Assembly: GCA_040756595.1 (NCBI GenBank)
Contig: JBFLYR010000004.1
Coordinates: 22,695 to 86,694, forward strand
Direction of reading: 5' to 3'
From: Pseudomonadota bacterium
Lineage (GTDB): Bacteria; Pseudomonadota; Gammaproteobacteria; Burkholderiales; Rhodocyclaceae
DNA length: 64,000 nt
Below the pieces are notes generated by a model. That model saw only the letters and a list, made by a program, of their open reading frames with translations. It was not told the origin of the DNA and did not search any database. Shown here one piece after another: positions 61,156 to 64,000 of this stretch. The number at the start of each line of letters is the position of its first letter. Within the stretch, counting starts at the first letter, position 1. The position numbers were made by a program, and so were the translations under genes.

Positions 61156-63495
61156 CTATGACGCCGGCTGCAGGCCGGTCGGCTTGAGTTTGGACGGAAT
61201 GGCGTGGCCCTTGCGGGCACGCTGGCCGCGATAGGCGGCGGCATCCTTGCCGGACAACTTCCAGTCGGTCGGTTTACCCCCTCGGCCACTACCGGTGACG
61301 ATGAAACTGTCGGCACCGACAGCGACGGCGGCCAGCTCGTCCTTGGCGTCAAGCGTCTGGATGATGGTGCCGCGCCCCTTGGCCATGGTCTTGAGTTCGG
61401 CGAGCGGGAAGAGCAGCAGCCGGCCGCAGGCCGTAATCGCTGCTGCCGTCCCGCCAGCGCCGACTTTTGCCGGGACGAGCGGCTTCTCGCCCTTGTCGAG
61501 CGACATGAAGGCCTTGCCGGCGCGGTTGCGCGAGACGAGATCGGCAATGCCGGCGATGAAGCCGTAGCCGCCGGAATTGGCGAACAGGTACTGCGTTTCC
61601 GGCGCATCGGTGAGCGCGTGGGCAAGCTTGCTGCCGTCCTGGAAGTCGACCAGCGTGGTGATCGGCACCCCGTCGCCGCGACCGCCCGGCAGGTCGGCCA
61701 CGCGTACGCTGTACGCTCTGCCATTGGTGTCGATGACGACCAGCGGCCAGATCGTGCGGCTTTCCTGAACGATATAGGGGAAGTCACCGGTCTTGTATCC
61801 GATGCTGGCCGGATCGATGCCATGGCCCTGGCGCGTGCGCACCCAGCCGTTCTTAGAGACGATCACGGTCACCGGCTCGTCGGGGATCGCGACTTCCGCG
61901 GCGGTCACCGGGGCGACGGCCTCAATTAGCGTACGGCGCTCGTCGCCGTATTTCTTCGCGTCCTCGGTGATCTCGCGCACGACGAGTTTGGTCAACTCCT
62001 TGCGGTCTTCGAGGATGCGGCGCAGTTCCTTCGCTTCCTCGGCCAGCGCCTTCTGTTCCTGCTCGATCTTGATGCCTTCGAGTTTCGCGAGCTGGCGCAG
62101 GCGGATTTCGAGGATGTCCTCGGCCTGAATCTCCGAAAGCTTGAACTTGGCCATCAGTTCGGCCTTGGGTTCGTCGGCCTCGCGGATGGTCTTGATGATC
62201 TTGTCGATCGACAGGAAGGCGAGCAGGCGGCCAGCGAGGATGTGCAGGCGGCGCTCGACTTCGCAGAGGCGGTGGGCGGAACGACGCTCGACGGTGGCAT
62301 GGCGGAACTGCACCCATTCGTGCAGCACCTGCAGCAGGTTTTTTTGCGCCGGCCGGCCATCGGTGCCCATCATGGTCATGTTGACCGACACGTTGGCTTC
62401 GAGGCTGGTGCGCGCGAGCAGTACGGCCATGAACTCGTCCTGCGGCACCTTCGACGTGCGCGGCTCCAGCACGATGCGCACGGGGTCCTTTTCGTTCGAT
62501 TCGTCGCGCACGGCGTCGAGCACGCCGAGCATCACCTGCTTGAGGTTCTTCTGCTCCTGCGAGACATCCTTCTTGCCCGGGCGTGCTTGCGGGTTGGTGA
62601 CGGCCTCGATTTCCGAGAGTACTTGCGCCGTGGAAACACCATGCGGCAGTTCGTAGACGATGACGCGCCACTGGCCGCGCGCCAGTTCCTCGATGCGCCA
62701 GCGGCAGCGCATGCGGACGCTGCCGCGGCCGGATTCGTAGGCGGCGCGGATGTCGGCATGGAGCGAGATGATCTGGCCGCCGCCGGGAAAGTCCGGGCCG
62801 GGCAGGGCGGCAAGCACTTCATCGAGCTGCGCACTCGGTTTGCGGATCACCAACTTGAGTGCTTCAGCCACTTCGCGCAGGTTGTGCGGTGGAATCTCGG
62901 TGGCCATGCCGACGGCGATGCCCGAGGCACCGTTGAGCAGCACGAAGGGCAGGCGGGCGGGCAGCAGCGACGGCTCGGTCATCGTGCCGTCATAGTTGGG
63001 CACGAAGTCGACCGTGCCCTTGTCGATCTCCGCTAGCAGCAGTTCTGCAATCGGTGTCAGGCGGCATTCGGTGTAGCGCATCGCCGCCGCGCCGTCGCCG
63101 TCGCGCGAGCCGAAGTTGCCTTGGCCGTCGACCAGCGGATAGCGCAGCGAGAAGTCCTGGGCGACGCGCACCATGGCGTCGTAGACGCTGCTGTCGCCGT
63201 GGGGGTGGAACTTGCCGATGACGTCGCCGACCACGCGCGCCGACTTGACGTGCTTGGCCGTCGACGGCAGGCGCATGTCGTTCATCGCGTGGAGGATGCG
63301 GCGCTGCACCGGCTTCAAGCCGTCTTCGACCTGCGGCAGGGCGCGCGATTTCACCACGCTCATCGCGTAGGCGAGGTAGGCGCGCTCTGCATAACTGTCG
63401 AGGGGCAGCGCCTCGCCTTCTGCAAAAGTCGGCTCTGGTGGGACGGCAGGGGGCGGCAGATCTGCCGCTGCTTCGAAAAGATCAGGCGTGTTCAT
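61156..63495 (-). CDS. parC: DNA topoisomerase IV subunit A
   Basis: 779 aa with the motifs [11 protein letters not shown], the AAMRYTE catalytic Tyr block and a C-terminal beta-pinwheel. Its start overlaps the parE stop codon (ATGA). Confidence 0.93.
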   Translation of the reverse strand: MNTPDLFEAAADLPPPAVPPEPTFAEGEALPLDSYAERAYLAYAMSVVKSRALPQVEDGLKPVQRRILHAMNDMRLPSTAKHVKSARVVGDVIGKFHPHGDSSVYDAMVRVAQDFSLRYPLVDGQGNFGSRDGDGAAAMRYTECRLTPIAELLLAEIDKGTVDFVPNYDGTMTEPSLLPARLPFVLLNGASGIAVGMATEIPPHNLREVAEALKLVIRKPSAQLDEVLAALPGPDFPGGGQIISLHADIRAAYESGRGSVRMRCRWRIEELARGQWRVIVYELPHGVSTAQVLSEIEAVTNPQARPGKKDVSQEQKNLKQVMLGVLDAVRDESNEKDPVRIVLEPRTSKVPQDEFMAVLLARTSLEANVSVNMTMMGTDGRPAQKNLLQVLHEWVQFRHATVERRSAHRLCEVERRLHILAGRLLAFLSIDKIIKTIREADEPKAELMAKFKLSEIQAEDILEIRLRQLAKLEGIKIEQEQKALAEEAKELRRILEDRKELTKLVVREITEDAKKYGDERRTLIEAVAPVTAAEVAIPDEPVTVIVSKNGWVRTRQGHGIDPASIGYKTGDFPYIVQESRTIWPLVVIDTNGRAYSVRVADLPGGRGDGVPITTLVDFQDGSKLAHALTDAPETQYLFANSGGYGFIAGIADLVSRNRAGKAFMSLDKGEKPLVPAKVGAGGTAAAITACGRLLLFPLAELKTMAKGRGTIIQTLDAKDELAAVAVGADSFIVTGSGRGGKPTDWKLSGKDAAAYRGQRARKGHAIPSKLKPTGLQPAS
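61444..61467 (-). repeat. 24-nt dispersed repeat, copy 19 (perfect)
   Basis: The + strand reads TGCCGTCCCGCCAGCGCCGACTTT. The copy lies in sense and in frame in the parC C-terminal domain and is read as KVGAGGTA. Confidence 0.95.
63425..63448 (+). repeat. 24-nt dispersed repeat, copy 20 (2 substitutions)
   Basis: AAAGTCGGCTCTGGTGGGACGGCA lies antisense in the parC N-terminal extension and is read as AVPPEPTF. Confidence 0.9.
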
Positions 63496-64000
63496 AGGTC
63501 GGCCTCAACCAGATTTCCTTTTTCTTCCATCCATGCCCGACGGCCGGAAGCTTCGCCCTTGCCCATCAGCAGGTTGAAGAGTTTCAGGGTGTCGTCATGC
63601 GCTTCGGCACGCTCGAACACCGGCAGCACGCGGCGTGTCGCCGGATCCATGGCGGTTTCGCGCAACTGCTCGGGATTCATTTCGCCGAGGCCCTTGAAGC
63701 GGCCGACTTCGATCCTGTCGAGCGCGATGCCTTCCTTCTGGACGCGATCCTTGATGGCGTCGAGTTCGCCTTCGTCGAGGGCGTAGAGCCGCTTGGCCGG
63801 GCGTTTCTTTCCGGAAGCCGGCACATCGACACGATAGAGCGGTGGTTGGGCGATATAAACGTGGCCGCGTGCGATCAGCGCCGGGAAGTGGCGGTAGAAC
63901 AGCGTGAGCAGCAGCGTCTGGATGTGCGCGCCATCGACGTCGGCATCCGACATGATGACCACCTTGCCGTAGCGCAGGTTGGCCAGGTCAGGGTTGTCAG
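63492..64000 (-). CDS. parE: DNA topoisomerase IV subunit B, C-terminal part (gene continues beyond the window)
   Basis: It has the TOPRIM/tail motifs [32 protein letters not shown] and [11 protein letters not shown]. The reading frame stays open to nt 64000. Confidence 0.9.
   Translation of the reverse strand, partial: DNPDLANLRYGKVVIMSDADVDGAHIQTLLLTLFYRHFPALIARGHVYIAQPPLYRVDVPASGKKRPAKRLYALDEGELDAIKDRVQKEGIALDRIEVGRFKGLGEMNPEQLRETAMDPATRRVLPVFERAEAHDDTLKLFNLLMGKGEASGRRAWMEEKGNLVEADL

Overview
This is a 64-kb chromosomal core segment from a GC-rich, betaproteobacterium-like genome. The Rhodocyclales-type assignment rests only on gene content and protein similarity.

I call about 62 CDS, 4 tRNAs and a few promoters and terminators. 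In order they are:
- nuoH(partial)-IJKLMN
- tRNA-Ser and tRNA-Val, then a SCO1/PCuAC copper-chaperone pair
- metY and cysK, a YoaA/DinG-type helicase, sugE and an OYE reductase
- mobB-moeA-moaD-moaE, a phasin, a CoA-transferase and clpB
- a PAS-GGDEF protein, tag, mepK-like, an L,D-transpeptidase and a Pat-type acetyltransferase
- a small lower-GC accessory patch (phnA, a lipoprotein, a PEP-CTERM protein)
- ybiT, rsuA, selU, tesA/ybbA and hpnCDE
- tRNA-Leu, tig-clpP-clpX-lon, tRNA-Val, dtd, recCBD and parC/parE(partial)

I saw no rRNA, CRISPR array, IS/transposase, integrase, prophage or recognisable defence island.

The main unexplained signal is a dispersed 24-nt repeat, consensus AAAGTCGGCGCTGGCGGGACGGCA, which I do not recognise as a described family.
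- **Copy number:** there are 20 copies between 9.9 and 63.4 kb, 16 on the + strand and 4 on the - strand.
- **Intergenic copies:** five copies lie between genes, mostly abutting stop codons.
- **Coding copies:** fifteen copies lie inside coding sequence and are read through in frame. The host genes are yoaA, moeA (x2), clpB, recC, the recC/recB junction, recB, parC (x2), hpnC, hpnE, selU, dtd, an L,D-transpeptidase and an ATP-grasp-like ORF.
- **Structure:** two arms are invariant and the 9-nt core is mutable. The word has no stop codon in any of the six frames. Sense-oriented coding copies are always translated KVGAGGTA.

Function and mobility are unknown. The hypotheses offered are an uptake-signal-like sequence, an in-frame mini-insertion element, a Chi-like site, or a protein-binding site; all are inference.

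All coordinates and counts were made by eye without tools, so degenerate copies may have been missed.
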